A program made the position numbers and the translations under genes. A DNA stretch of 54,893 bases, taken from a virus (lineage: Duplodnaviria > Caudoviricetes). Location: positions 1 through 54,893 of the IMG/VR virus record IMGVR_UViG_3300037225_000166, one strand, 5' to 3'. The notes beneath the pieces were generated by a model. It did no database searches. It saw only the letters and a program-made list of their open reading frames with translations, and was not told the DNA's origin. This document shows positions 27,595 to 34,883 of this stretch, in pieces (position 1 is the stretch's first letter; each line of letters starts with the position of its first letter).

Positions 27595-28020
27595 ATGAAA
27601 TTAAAATTTAAACTTTGGGATGTAGTACAAAAACAAATGTATGGCGTATCCTGTATTCGATTTGGTGATGATGGCAGTGCTTTGACGATAACCGTAGAAA
27701 GAGCACCAAAGGAGAAATATTTTTCGCTTTATGTGGATGGTGAAAATGGTATTTTGAGGCAATTTACTGGATTAAGGGATAAGAACGGGAGAGATATGTA
27801 TTCGCAAGATTTATTTGAGGACGATAATGGAAATATTTACCGTTGCTATCCCGTTAGTGGTGGTTTTGCAATGTCTATTCCTGCTTTTCCATCAACCCTA
27901 AAAGCAGAACATCCTTATCCGCTTGAATCTTTATCAGACGAACAAAATGTTAGTTGGTTTGAATCAAATTGTATTATTATTGGCAATGCTTTTGAAAACC
28001 CTGAACTCTTAGAAGCGTAG
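27595..28020 (+). CDS. YopX-family protein
   Basis: KFKLWD, QFTGLRDKNGRDMY, IIGNAFENPELL. Confidence 0.88.
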   Translation: MKLKFKLWDVVQKQMYGVSCIRFGDDGSALTITVERAPKEKYFSLYVDGENGILRQFTGLRDKNGRDMYSQDLFEDDNGNIYRCYPVSGGFAMSIPAFPSTLKAEHPYPLESLSDEQNVSWFESNCIIIGNAFENPELLEA

Positions 28021-28092
28021 GGAAAAATTAAAGAAAAAATGATTAACCCACAGACCGAAAATAGATGCTCTGCAAAATGCTTTATGCCCTGT

Positions 28093-28214
28093 GTTATATG
28101 GGGCGTAATCGCCCGAACCGTTGCAGGGGTTTTTGCCCTATGGTGTAAGCGATTGGCTTGCACCGTTGCGAGGGCAAAAACTGAAGCGAGGGATTGTGTG
28201 CAATGGCATATAAC
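28093..28214. ncRNA. ORF-less structured cassette, homologous to 31226-31345
   Basis: Nested stems TTGCA/TGCAA, GTTTTTGCCCT/AGGGCAAAAAC, GGTGTAAGC/GCTTGCACC. Confidence 0.5.
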
Positions 28215-28338
28215 GGATGGTGCTATGAGCAGTAGCGGATTACGAGTGATAAACTTTCAAAATAGAACAAATGATTGAACGAGATACAGAACTTCAAATA
28301 ACCAGCGAACCCGCTATTGATTATAGCACGTGTTATAC
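28208..28338 (-). repeat. attC-like hairpin 6
   Basis: GTGCTATGAGCAGTAGCGG / CCGCTATTGATTATAGCAC, then GTTATAC at 28332. Confidence 0.75.
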
Positions 28339-29296
28339 ACTGGCGGATTGTACCGATAAAACTACCAACGAAGCACAAAAAATAAAAAATGCGAAGCGTG
28401 GGGCTTTTTTAATTGATGTTATTGACGGATTAAAACAAATAACAGATAAAAGCCAAGATTTGATAATTGCAGACCCACCATATTACAAAGCAATAAATGA
28501 AAATTGGGATAAGCAATGGAAAACAGAAGATAACTATTTAAACTGGTGTAAACTATGGTTTAATGAGTGCGTAAGAGTTTTAAAAGATACTGGCTCTTTT
28601 TATTGCTATGGAAACTTTGATATTTTGAGCAAACAAAAAGTATTGATATTTGATAAGCAATTGAATTTTAGACAAAATATAACACTTGATAAAGGAATAA
28701 AAAGTATAGCTGGCAGAACAAGCGATAAATTACAAATGTTTCCATCTGCAAGTGAATATTTATTGTTTTATAATAAACAATCTACAAACGGAAACCATAA
28801 AACAGGCGAATATTTGAGGGCAGAATGGAAGAAATGCAAAGCTAAAGGAATAACGGATAAATCATTAAGAGCAGAGATGGGATTGAGTATTAAGGGGGGT
28901 GGGTTACTTTGTCATTTTTGGGGATTTGCACAATGGCAGATGCCAACAAAAGAGCATTACTCAAAACTACAAAGTATAACTGGACAATTCCAAATGGATT
29001 ATGAGGACGTTGCTTTTAAATTTAACCTACCAATGGCAACAACAGATGTTTGGGGCTTTACTCCCGATAAAATCAGATACGGACACCCGACACAAAAACC
29101 GCAAGACATTTGCCATAGGATAATAAAAGCAAGTAGTAATGAAAACGATAATGTGTTGATACCATTTGCAGGTAGTGGAAGTGAATGTATTGCTTGTGAA
29201 ATATTAAACAGAAATTGGATTTCTTTTGAAAATGAACCTAAAAATTTAGATATAACTATGAATAGAATTAGAGAGTTAAAACACAAACTGTTTTGA
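28271..29296 (+). CDS. DNA N6-adenine/N4-cytosine methyltransferase (beta class)
   Basis: DPPY catalytic motif, HPTQKP, PFAGSGS SAM-binding motif; start uncertain. Confidence 0.9.
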   Translation: MIERDTELQITSEPAIDYSTCYTLADCTDKTTNEAQKIKNAKRGAFLIDVIDGLKQITDKSQDLIIADPPYYKAINENWDKQWKTEDNYLNWCKLWFNECVRVLKDTGSFYCYGNFDILSKQKVLIFDKQLNFRQNITLDKGIKSIAGRTSDKLQMFPSASEYLLFYNKQSTNGNHKTGEYLRAEWKKCKAKGITDKSLRAEMGLSIKGGGLLCHFWGFAQWQMPTKEHYSKLQSITGQFQMDYEDVAFKFNLPMATTDVWGFTPDKIRYGHPTQKPQDICHRIIKASSNENDNVLIPFAGSGSECIACEILNRNWISFENEPKNLDITMNRIRELKHKLF

Positions 29297-29436
29297 AAAA
29301 ACAGAAGCGGGAGGGGCATTTTTTATTTTTCATCAAATTACCGATGAACTTAAATAGAAGCTACTCCACCGCTTGTTTATAACGGTATCCGAACATGAAT
29401 AGTACGACTAATTAAGAATATAACTTGATAAATGAT

Positions 29437-29649
29437 ATGAGAATAAAAAATTTAAAGCAAGGGTATTATCTCCTAATTTGTAGATTATTAGGACATATTT
29501 ACATTCTAAAACCCAAACCTGATATACTCAGTAATAAACGAGAATGTAAACGATGCGGACACAGACAAATCAGGATGCAAAAAAAATTCCCTGAATTTTA
29601 TTGGATAGATGATCCAGTTGAAAAGTTTATTAACACTAAAATACCATAA
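29437..29649 (+). CDS. DUF1660-like small protein
   Basis: LICRLLGH...CKRCG motif. Confidence 0.55.
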   Translation: MRIKNLKQGYYLLICRLLGHIYILKPKPDILSNKRECKRCGHRQIRMQKKFPEFYWIDDPVEKFINTKIP

Positions 29650-29651
29650 TC

Positions 29652-29852
29652 ATGAAAAAAGTAAATTTTACAGTAATAATTTCAAAAGAAGTGCCAGTTG
29701 AAATAGAGTATATCGAAGGAGATACAAACGAGATTATAAACGATAAATGTGTTAAACAAGCATTGAGTAAGGTTAATGAAGATAGTTTTGATTGGAAGGC
29801 TAATGTTGTAATAAATACAATGGATTTTATTAAAAACAAACTCCGATCTTAA
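29652..29852 (+). CDS. Hypothetical protein
   Basis: ORF in the array. Confidence 0.5.
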   Translation: MKKVNFTVIISKEVPVEIEYIEGDTNEIINDKCVKQALSKVNEDSFDWKANVVINTMDFIKNKLRS

Positions 29853-29926
29853 TGAAGCAAGGGTAAATTTTTTATTAAACCTGAATAAGCATAGAAGCTA
29901 TGAACAGAGTATTATTTATGTTTGGT

Positions 29927-30034
29927 GTTATAAACTGGCTGAATTATGCAGCCAATAGCATATACATGGGCGTGTATATGATGTTTGCAGGGCTGCATAA
30001 TAAGGGATTGAAGCAGGGGCAGCTTGTTTATAAC
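29927..30034. ncRNA. ORF-less palindromic cassette (108 bp)
   Basis: GTTATAAAC/GTTTATAAC ends; ATTATGCAGCC/GGCTGCATAAT; CATATAC/GTATATG. Confidence 0.45.
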
Positions 30035-30113
30035 GATCACGTACATACACAGTACAAACGAGCAGAAGATAGATGAAAGAAAGAGTTATTTTTAAAACTT
30101 TAGGAGGGATTTT

Positions 30114-31178
30114 ATGATTCATATTGGTTTATTTTCTGGTATTGGTGGTTTTGAACTTGCCGCATCATGGAAAGGATGGAACACCATTGTAACCTGCGAA
30201 ATAAACGACTTTTGCAATACCGTATTAAATTATTACTTTCCAGATGCTTACCATCATGGAGATATAAAAACACTTACTTATGACACAATTAACATTGAAC
30301 TTTCAAAACGATTCGGAAAAGGCTGGAGAAACGAACCAATCATCCTTACAGGTGGATTCCCATGCCAACCGTATAGCATATCCGGAAAAAGAGAAGGCAA
30401 AGAAGATCCTCGCCATCTCTGGCCGGAAATGCTTAGAACAATACGAGAAATTCAACCAATGTTCGTTGTGGGGGAAAATGTTTATGGACTTGTTAATTGG
30501 AATGGAGGTATGGTATTCAACCAAGTGCAAGTTGATTTGGAAAATGAGGGCTACCAAGTACAACCGGTTATTCTTCCAGCTTGTGCCATTGATGCGCCAC
30601 ACAAACGAGAAAGAGTTTGGTTTGTTGCCTACAATACAAACTCAGGGATTGAAGGTATGCAACAATGGAAAAACCGGATTTATGAAAACAGATTTACTTC
30701 CAACACCAACATCACACCAACAAGGAACACAATTCAAACAGGGAGGAACTTGCCTACAAGCAAAATTATTACCGACACCGAAAAAACAAAACTCAAACAG
30801 TCCAGGAATACACGGACAGGGAGGAATGGATTTACAGACCTACATAATGACAAATATGTTACCGACACCAGATGCAGCATCAGGAAAAACAGGATATATG
30901 GGAAAGAATCGGAACGGAAAGCAGGAGAATTTAGAAACGGTAATTCGGAACAAGATAGATGGTCAAACTTCCCTACTCAATCCCCGATTTGTAGCCGAAA
31001 TGATGGGATTTCCTCCAAACTGGTTGGAATTACCTTTTCAAAGCATAGAAACGAATCAATTAAAGGATACGGAAATGCAATAGTACCCGAACTGGCTTAC
31101 ATTATCTATGATGCAATCGATCAGTTTTGTAAAAAACTGCAAGAAGCGAGGGAAAGTTTTAAAAATAACGAGAAATAA
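30114..31178 (+). CDS. dcm: DNA C5-cytosine methyltransferase, alpha polypeptide
   Basis: LFSGIGGF (I), GGFPCQPYS (IV), ENV (VI), HKRERVW (VIII), YGNAIVP (X). Confidence 0.9.
   Translation: MIHIGLFSGIGGFELAASWKGWNTIVTCEINDFCNTVLNYYFPDAYHHGDIKTLTYDTINIELSKRFGKGWRNEPIILTGGFPCQPYSISGKREGKEDPRHLWPEMLRTIREIQPMFVVGENVYGLVNWNGGMVFNQVQVDLENEGYQVQPVILPACAIDAPHKRERVWFVAYNTNSGIEGMQQWKNRIYENRFTSNTNITPTRNTIQTGRNLPTSKIITDTEKTKLKQSRNTRTGRNGFTDLHNDKYVTDTRCSIRKNRIYGKESERKAGEFRNGNSEQDRWSNFPTQSPICSRNDGISSKLVGITFSKHRNESIKGYGNAIVPELAYIIYDAIDQFCKKLQEARESFKNNEK
30280..31083 (+). CDS. Overlapping alternate-frame beta polypeptide of the C5 methyltransferase
   Basis: 267 aa ORF nested in dcm; LPTP repeats and LNPRFVAEMMGFPPNW (motif IX-like). 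Confidence 0.7.
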   Translation: MTQLTLNFQNDSEKAGETNQSSLQVDSHANRIAYPEKEKAKKILAISGRKCLEQYEKFNQCSLWGKMFMDLLIGMEVWYSTKCKLIWKMRATKYNRLFFQLVPLMRHTNEKEFGLLPTIQTQGLKVCNNGKTGFMKTDLLPTPTSHQQGTQFKQGGTCLQAKLLPTPKKQNSNSPGIHGQGGMDLQTYIMTNMLPTPDAASGKTGYMGKNRNGKQENLETVIRNKIDGQTSLLNPRFVAEMMGFPPNWLELPFQSIETNQLKDTEMQ

Positions 31179-31225
31179 CCTACAAAATGAACTACGAAGA
31201 TATGAAGGTATTGTGTATGTACGGT

Positions 31226-31345
31226 GTTATGCAGCCTGTACTCAGGCGGACTGTTGCAGGGGCTTTGCGATATGGTGTAAACACTCTGTTTGCACCGTTG
31301 AGAGAGCAAAGTGTGTGTGGGATTTCGTGTGCAATAGTGCATAAT
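31226..31345. ncRNA. ORF-less structured cassette, homologous to 28093-28214
   Basis: Shares GTTGCAGGGG, TATGGTGTAA, TTGCACCGTTG and GTGTGCAAT, with compensatory changes. Confidence 0.5.
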
Positions 31346-31374
31346 CTTGTATATATACGACTTAATTAAATAAT

Positions 31375-31581
31375 ATGGACTACCAAAGACTTAGACTCGA
31401 ATACGATGCGAACTTTTTTACGCAAATTCAGGTACTTATGAAAATCCGTAAGCAAAAATTTACGCAGTCAGAAATGGCTAAGTTTTGTAACTGTTCATTA
31501 AAAACAATACAGAACTTCGAAAGCTATGAATGTCAGGATGGGTTTATTATGTTTGTGTACAATAAAATTTTATTAAAATAA
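31375..31581 (+). CDS. XRE-type HTH protein
   Basis: FTQSEMAKFCNCSLKTIQNFE. Confidence 0.75.
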   Translation: MDYQRLRLEYDANFFTQIQVLMKIRKQKFTQSEMAKFCNCSLKTIQNFESYECQDGFIMFVYNKILLK

Positions 31582-31604
31582 GATCAAATTCGATATTTTT
31601 ATAC

Positions 31605-31612
31605 TACATTTG
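31605..31612 (+). promoter_or_regulatory. -7 promoter box
   Basis: TACATTTG in ATACTACATTTGTAAT. Confidence 0.6.
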
Positions 31613-31636
31613 TAATTGAATAAAATAAACAAAACT

Positions 31637-31801
31637 ATGCCAAAACAAGAAGATGTACACAGTATCAGAATCCCGAAAGAAGAAAGGGAGTTGTTAGAAA
31701 AACTTATGCCGGTTAAAAGGGTTAAATTCCTTTCAGGTATCGTATTACTGGCAATCAAAGAGTTCAATGACCGAAATATGAATTTAATTCCAAAACAATG
31801 A
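31637..31801 (+). CDS. Small ribbon-helix-helix-like regulator
   Basis: VHSIRIPKEERELLEKL pattern. Confidence 0.45.
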   Translation: MPKQEDVHSIRIPKEERELLEKLMPVKRVKFLSGIVLLAIKEFNDRNMNLIPKQ

Positions 31802-32190
31802 TCAAGAAATCACAGATCGATCCGACACGTTCCCATACTCAATTACTTGAGTTGGTTCATGTTTGGAAAGACCGATATACAGTCAATAATGAAGGAGATA
31901 CGATCATCCAGAACAATCGAACTATGACCAATGTCCGGTTTACTGATAATGGATTTCACGAGATACAAAAGCATCCCAGGGGATTTGAACTAATACCCGA
32001 AGCAATTCATAATCCGGATGAGATTTGGTCCGGTTGGGGAGATAAAAAGCAAAGAATAGTTTTAAGAAATTACATTCTTTTTGGTGATCTTTGTTATGTT
32101 GTTCAAACCAAAGACGGACAAATCACAGATGCTTTTCTGGTTACAAAAACGCAAGCTAATAAATATAGGGTGGGGGTGCCTTTGATATGA
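31798..32190 (+). CDS. PBECR (phage barnase/EndoU/colicin/RelE)-like nuclease-fold protein
   Basis: IPEAIHNPDEIW...NYI and terminal YRVGVPL resemble MuF-associated PBECR domains. Confidence 0.55.
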   Translation: MIKKSQIDPTRSHTQLLELVHVWKDRYTVNNEGDTIIQNNRTMTNVRFTDNGFHEIQKHPRGFELIPEAIHNPDEIWSGWGDKKQRIVLRNYILFGDLCYVVQTKDGQITDAFLVTKTQANKYRVGVPLI

Positions 32191-32468
32191 CAATAAAAAC
32201 ACCGCATATATTAAAACTCCAACAACCTTTTTTTGAGCAAGTTAAAATCGGAATGAAACAATTTGAGTTAAGAAGGAATGATAGAGATTATCAGGTTGGA
32301 GATACTTGTTTTTTGAGGGAATATGATGCACTTCATAATTCATATTCAGGTGATGCTTTGGTTATTACAATTACTTATATTTTAGAAGACCGACCCGGAC
32401 TGCTTGATTATTATTGTATCTTTGGATTTAATAAACCTCAATTAGTTCATAATTTCAAAGCAGTATGA
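32187..32468 (+). CDS. DUF3850/ASCH domain protein
   Basis: HILK...FFEQVKIGMKQFELRRNDRDYQVGD..LREYD. Confidence 0.85.
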   Translation: MTIKTPHILKLQQPFFEQVKIGMKQFELRRNDRDYQVGDTCFLREYDALHNSYSGDALVITITYILEDRPGLLDYYCIFGFNKPQLVHNFKAV

Positions 32469-33079
32469 AATCCCTCCAACAATTTCAACGAGATTTTGCA
32501 GCCTCAACAAAAGAGGTTCAAAAGGCTATTAAAAAAGACTTACCTCGTTTGATCGGTATTGAATCAGTTAAGTTGGTTAAAAATAACTTCGAAACTCAGT
32601 CTTATTTTGGCTTTGGGCATTGGAAGAAACGCAAGCCCACAACAAATAAGGCTTACATGGCAGGTCGTGGCAAAGGCGAATCAGGTCGTTATAAGGGAAG
32701 CAGGTTTAATGCAAATCACCCATTATTACTACAAACAAGGCGGTTATTTAGGTCTATCAGATTTAAAGTTGAAGGAAACGGAGTATTTATTGGATCAGAT
32801 ACGACTTTAGTACCTTATGCCAGAACTCATAATGAAGGCTTAACGATTCATCAAAATGCAAGAAAGGGAGTAAAATTGTTTTTTAATGGCAAAAGATTCT
32901 CAAGTGAAGCAAAAGCAACTCACGGGCAAAAAGTTAATATCGGAGCTCATGATATTAAGATGCCTAAAAGGCAGTTTATCCCAGCCGGTAACGATCCAAT
33001 GCCTGTGAAAATCAGAACAATGATCGTAAAAGAATTTAATCAGGAATTTGATAAAGCTTTGAAAATGTTTAAAAAATAG
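32465..33079 (+). CDS. Mu gpG-like virion morphogenesis protein
   Basis: NFETQS, LLQTRRLFRSI, YARTHNEG, MPKRQFI. Confidence 0.8.
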   Translation: MKSLQQFQRDFAASTKEVQKAIKKDLPRLIGIESVKLVKNNFETQSYFGFGHWKKRKPTTNKAYMAGRGKGESGRYKGSRFNANHPLLLQTRRLFRSIRFKVEGNGVFIGSDTTLVPYARTHNEGLTIHQNARKGVKLFFNGKRFSSEAKATHGQKVNIGAHDIKMPKRQFIPAGNDPMPVKIRTMIVKEFNQEFDKALKMFKK

Positions 33080-33083
33080 TGAG

Positions 33084-33440
33084 ATGAAAGATTTTTTTAA
33101 TAATCCTGCTCTTTGGCTTTTAATTGCAACACTTGAATTTGTTTTCTTTTTTATTGTCGTTTGGTTATTAACCAGATCAGAAATAGCAAAAGAAAAAAGA
33201 GCAAGATTAAAATATATGTTAAATCATACAACGGTTAAAAAAATACCGGCTACTTATGGAGCTCCTAATGTTAATGATTATATTGAACAAAAAAAAAGAG
33301 AAAATGAACCTAAAACCATTAACATATATTTCAATAAACTCTCAGATATTAAATTTAAAGAGGAATCGGAAGATATTAAAGAAATGGGAGATAAGGCAGT
33401 TAAATTATTGCTTGAGATGTTAAAGAAATTAGAAAAATGA
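33084..33440 (+). CDS. Membrane-anchored hypothetical protein
   Basis: N-terminal TM segment. Confidence 0.5.
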   Translation: MKDFFNNPALWLLIATLEFVFFFIVVWLLTRSEIAKEKRARLKYMLNHTTVKKIPATYGAPNVNDYIEQKKRENEPKTINIYFNKLSDIKFKEESEDIKEMGDKAVKLLLEMLKKLEK

Positions 33441-33599
33441 AATGTGTACCGATACTGAATTATGGGTAGATTGTCCTTGTACTCGAATGGATGCAAACGA
33501 ATTAAAAGGAGTTTGTCCACAATGTAATGGTACTTTGAAGATAAGAAAGTTGGTAAATTTGGAATTGGAAAGGGAAATTAAAAAGGAAACAATATAATC

Positions 33600-34142
33600 A
33601 TGGAACTCTTACACGAAGTCAAACCAGGTGATTCAATGACCGCTGAAATCATTACAGCAGTAGTCAAGGAATGTTCCGCACTGCTCAAATCAGATCAGGG
33701 AACGATCATATTTAAGACTGATTACAAGTCAGCAGATATATTAAGCTATGCCATGCCGTTAATCATAGTCGATATTCAGGACGGACAAGACTCAGGTCAG
33801 GTTATCGGTGGTGTTACCCGTATGGAATGGCTTATCTCATTAAATAGCTACTATTATTCCGAAACAACTGAGATAGATTCATTCTCTTTGCAGTTTCCGA
33901 TTGACAAAATCCGCAAGCATTTTACTATTGGCAAATGGAAAACAAAGGAAATGTCGCAGATCAGAATTGATTATGGGTTTAAATTCACCCTCAGTTCAAT
34001 TACACAACCGGATGCATTGGACGAAGATGGAATGATAAAAGGCTATAGAATCAATTTGGATTCAATTGCTTTTGACCTCAGTACTTCAAATGTTCAGGAA
34101 ACAAAGGAAGTTTTGAAAGGGATTAATGATATAACAAAATAA
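33600..34142 (+). CDS. Putative tail terminator/neck protein (Mu gp37-like)
   Basis: Size, MPLIIVD motif, position; weak. Confidence 0.4.
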   Translation: MELLHEVKPGDSMTAEIITAVVKECSALLKSDQGTIIFKTDYKSADILSYAMPLIIVDIQDGQDSGQVIGGVTRMEWLISLNSYYYSETTEIDSFSLQFPIDKIRKHFTIGKWKTKEMSQIRIDYGFKFTLSSITQPDALDEDGMIKGYRINLDSIAFDLSTSNVQETKEVLKGINDITK

Positions 34143-34146
34143 AGCT

Positions 34147-34347
34147 ATGAAAATTAAAATTATCTCCGATGGTACAAGTTTAGGAACAAAGATCATCGAT
34201 GAAGCAACCGGAACACAAATAATGAACTGTTCTGATTTAATAATTAAAGTAAGCGCTAAAACGCAATTAGTTGAATGCACAATGACTTTAATAAAAGTAC
34301 CATTTGAATATAAAGGGGTGGCTGAAACAAACCAAGTAATAATTTAA
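34147..34347 (+). CDS. Hypothetical protein
   Basis: 66 aa ORF. Confidence 0.5.
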   Translation: MKIKIISDGTSLGTKIIDEATGTQIMNCSDLIIKVSAKTQLVECTMTLIKVPFEYKGVAETNQVII

Positions 34348-34583
34348 TTAACCCTCGCTTTATTCCAAACTCTCTTATTTTCGTATTGCCTCAAAGATTC
34401 TGTATAGATTATTTCAGAATCAACAGACCATCCCTCACAACCGGATTCAATTCTATTGATTATCGGATAGCTTAAGCCTGACAATTGGATTAACTTCTTT
34501 TTAGTTATATCCAAATTCTCACGCAACCGCCTTAATGATTTTGATCTTTCTTCCCTGAATGATTGGAGTTGATTTGGAGTCAT
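34344..34583 (-). CDS. XRE-type HTH regulator, the only convincing minus-strand gene
   Basis: LRRLRENLDITKKKLIQLSGLSYPIINRIESG; minus-strand TATATTTG box at 34641-34648. Confidence 0.75.
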   Translation of the reverse strand: MTPNQLQSFREERSKSLRRLRENLDITKKKLIQLSGLSYPIINRIESGCEGWSVDSEIIYTESLRQYENKRVWNKARVN

Positions 34584-34658
34584 TCTATGAATATAACAGA
34601 ATTGTATATTTTATTCATAATATTCATATTGAAAAGTCAGCAAATATAATAATTTATT

Positions 34659-34860
34659 AAACGATTTAATTCATTTTATGAAATTAGTAATTCACAGTCG
34701 GTAAATTTGTACCCGAAGTTTTGTACATTTTGTTTATTTATTAAGGTTCAGTTAAGCCTGTTTGAGCAATCAGACGGGCTTTTCTGTTTATAGGATATTT
34801 AAATAATTTAAACGATTTCGTTCAATTTTCAAAAGCAAGCAATATTCATACATAAATTTG
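34659..34860 (+). promoter_or_regulatory. Tandem duplicated promoters upstream of the capsid gene
   Basis: AAACGATTT at 34659 and 34810, each 43 nt before TAAATTTG (34702, 34853). Confidence 0.6.
34754..34786 (+). terminator. Hairpin terminator
   Basis: AAGCCTGTTTGA-GCAA-TCAGACGGGCTT plus T tract. Confidence 0.7.
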
Positions 34861-34883
34861 AAGCGATTATTACACTAAATTAA

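Larger units (their letters stand above)
27272..28099 (-). repeat. attC-like hairpin 5 with two genes in its loop
   Basis: AGGGCATGA / TTATGCCCT, then GTTATAT at 28093. Confidence 0.5.
29377..29933 (-). repeat. attC-like hairpin 7 with two genes in its loop
   Basis: CCGAACATGAATAGTAC / GTATTATTTATGTTTGG, then GTTATAA at 29927. Confidence 0.65.
30028..31232 (-). repeat. attC-like hairpin 8 enclosing the C5 methyltransferase
   Basis: CGTACATACACAGTAC / GTATTGTGTATGTACG (15/16 complementary), then GTTATGC at 31226. Confidence 0.65.
24217..31362 (-). mobile_element. Integron-like attC cassette array lacking an integrase (CALIN-like); attC top strand on -, genes on +
   Basis: Recurrent AAC/AAT junctions (24235, 24710, 24991, 25814, 27278, 28214, 29383, 30034, 31345), followed by imperfect inverted-repeat arms that close at GTT sites (24329, 24826, 25387, 28093, 28332, 29927, 31226); cassette ends are mutually complementary. 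Confidence 0.7.

Noticed and set aside
24217-31362. CRISPR array or mini-array
   Set aside because: No constant direct repeat with regular spacers; the conservation is in inverted pairing, not repeat sequence.
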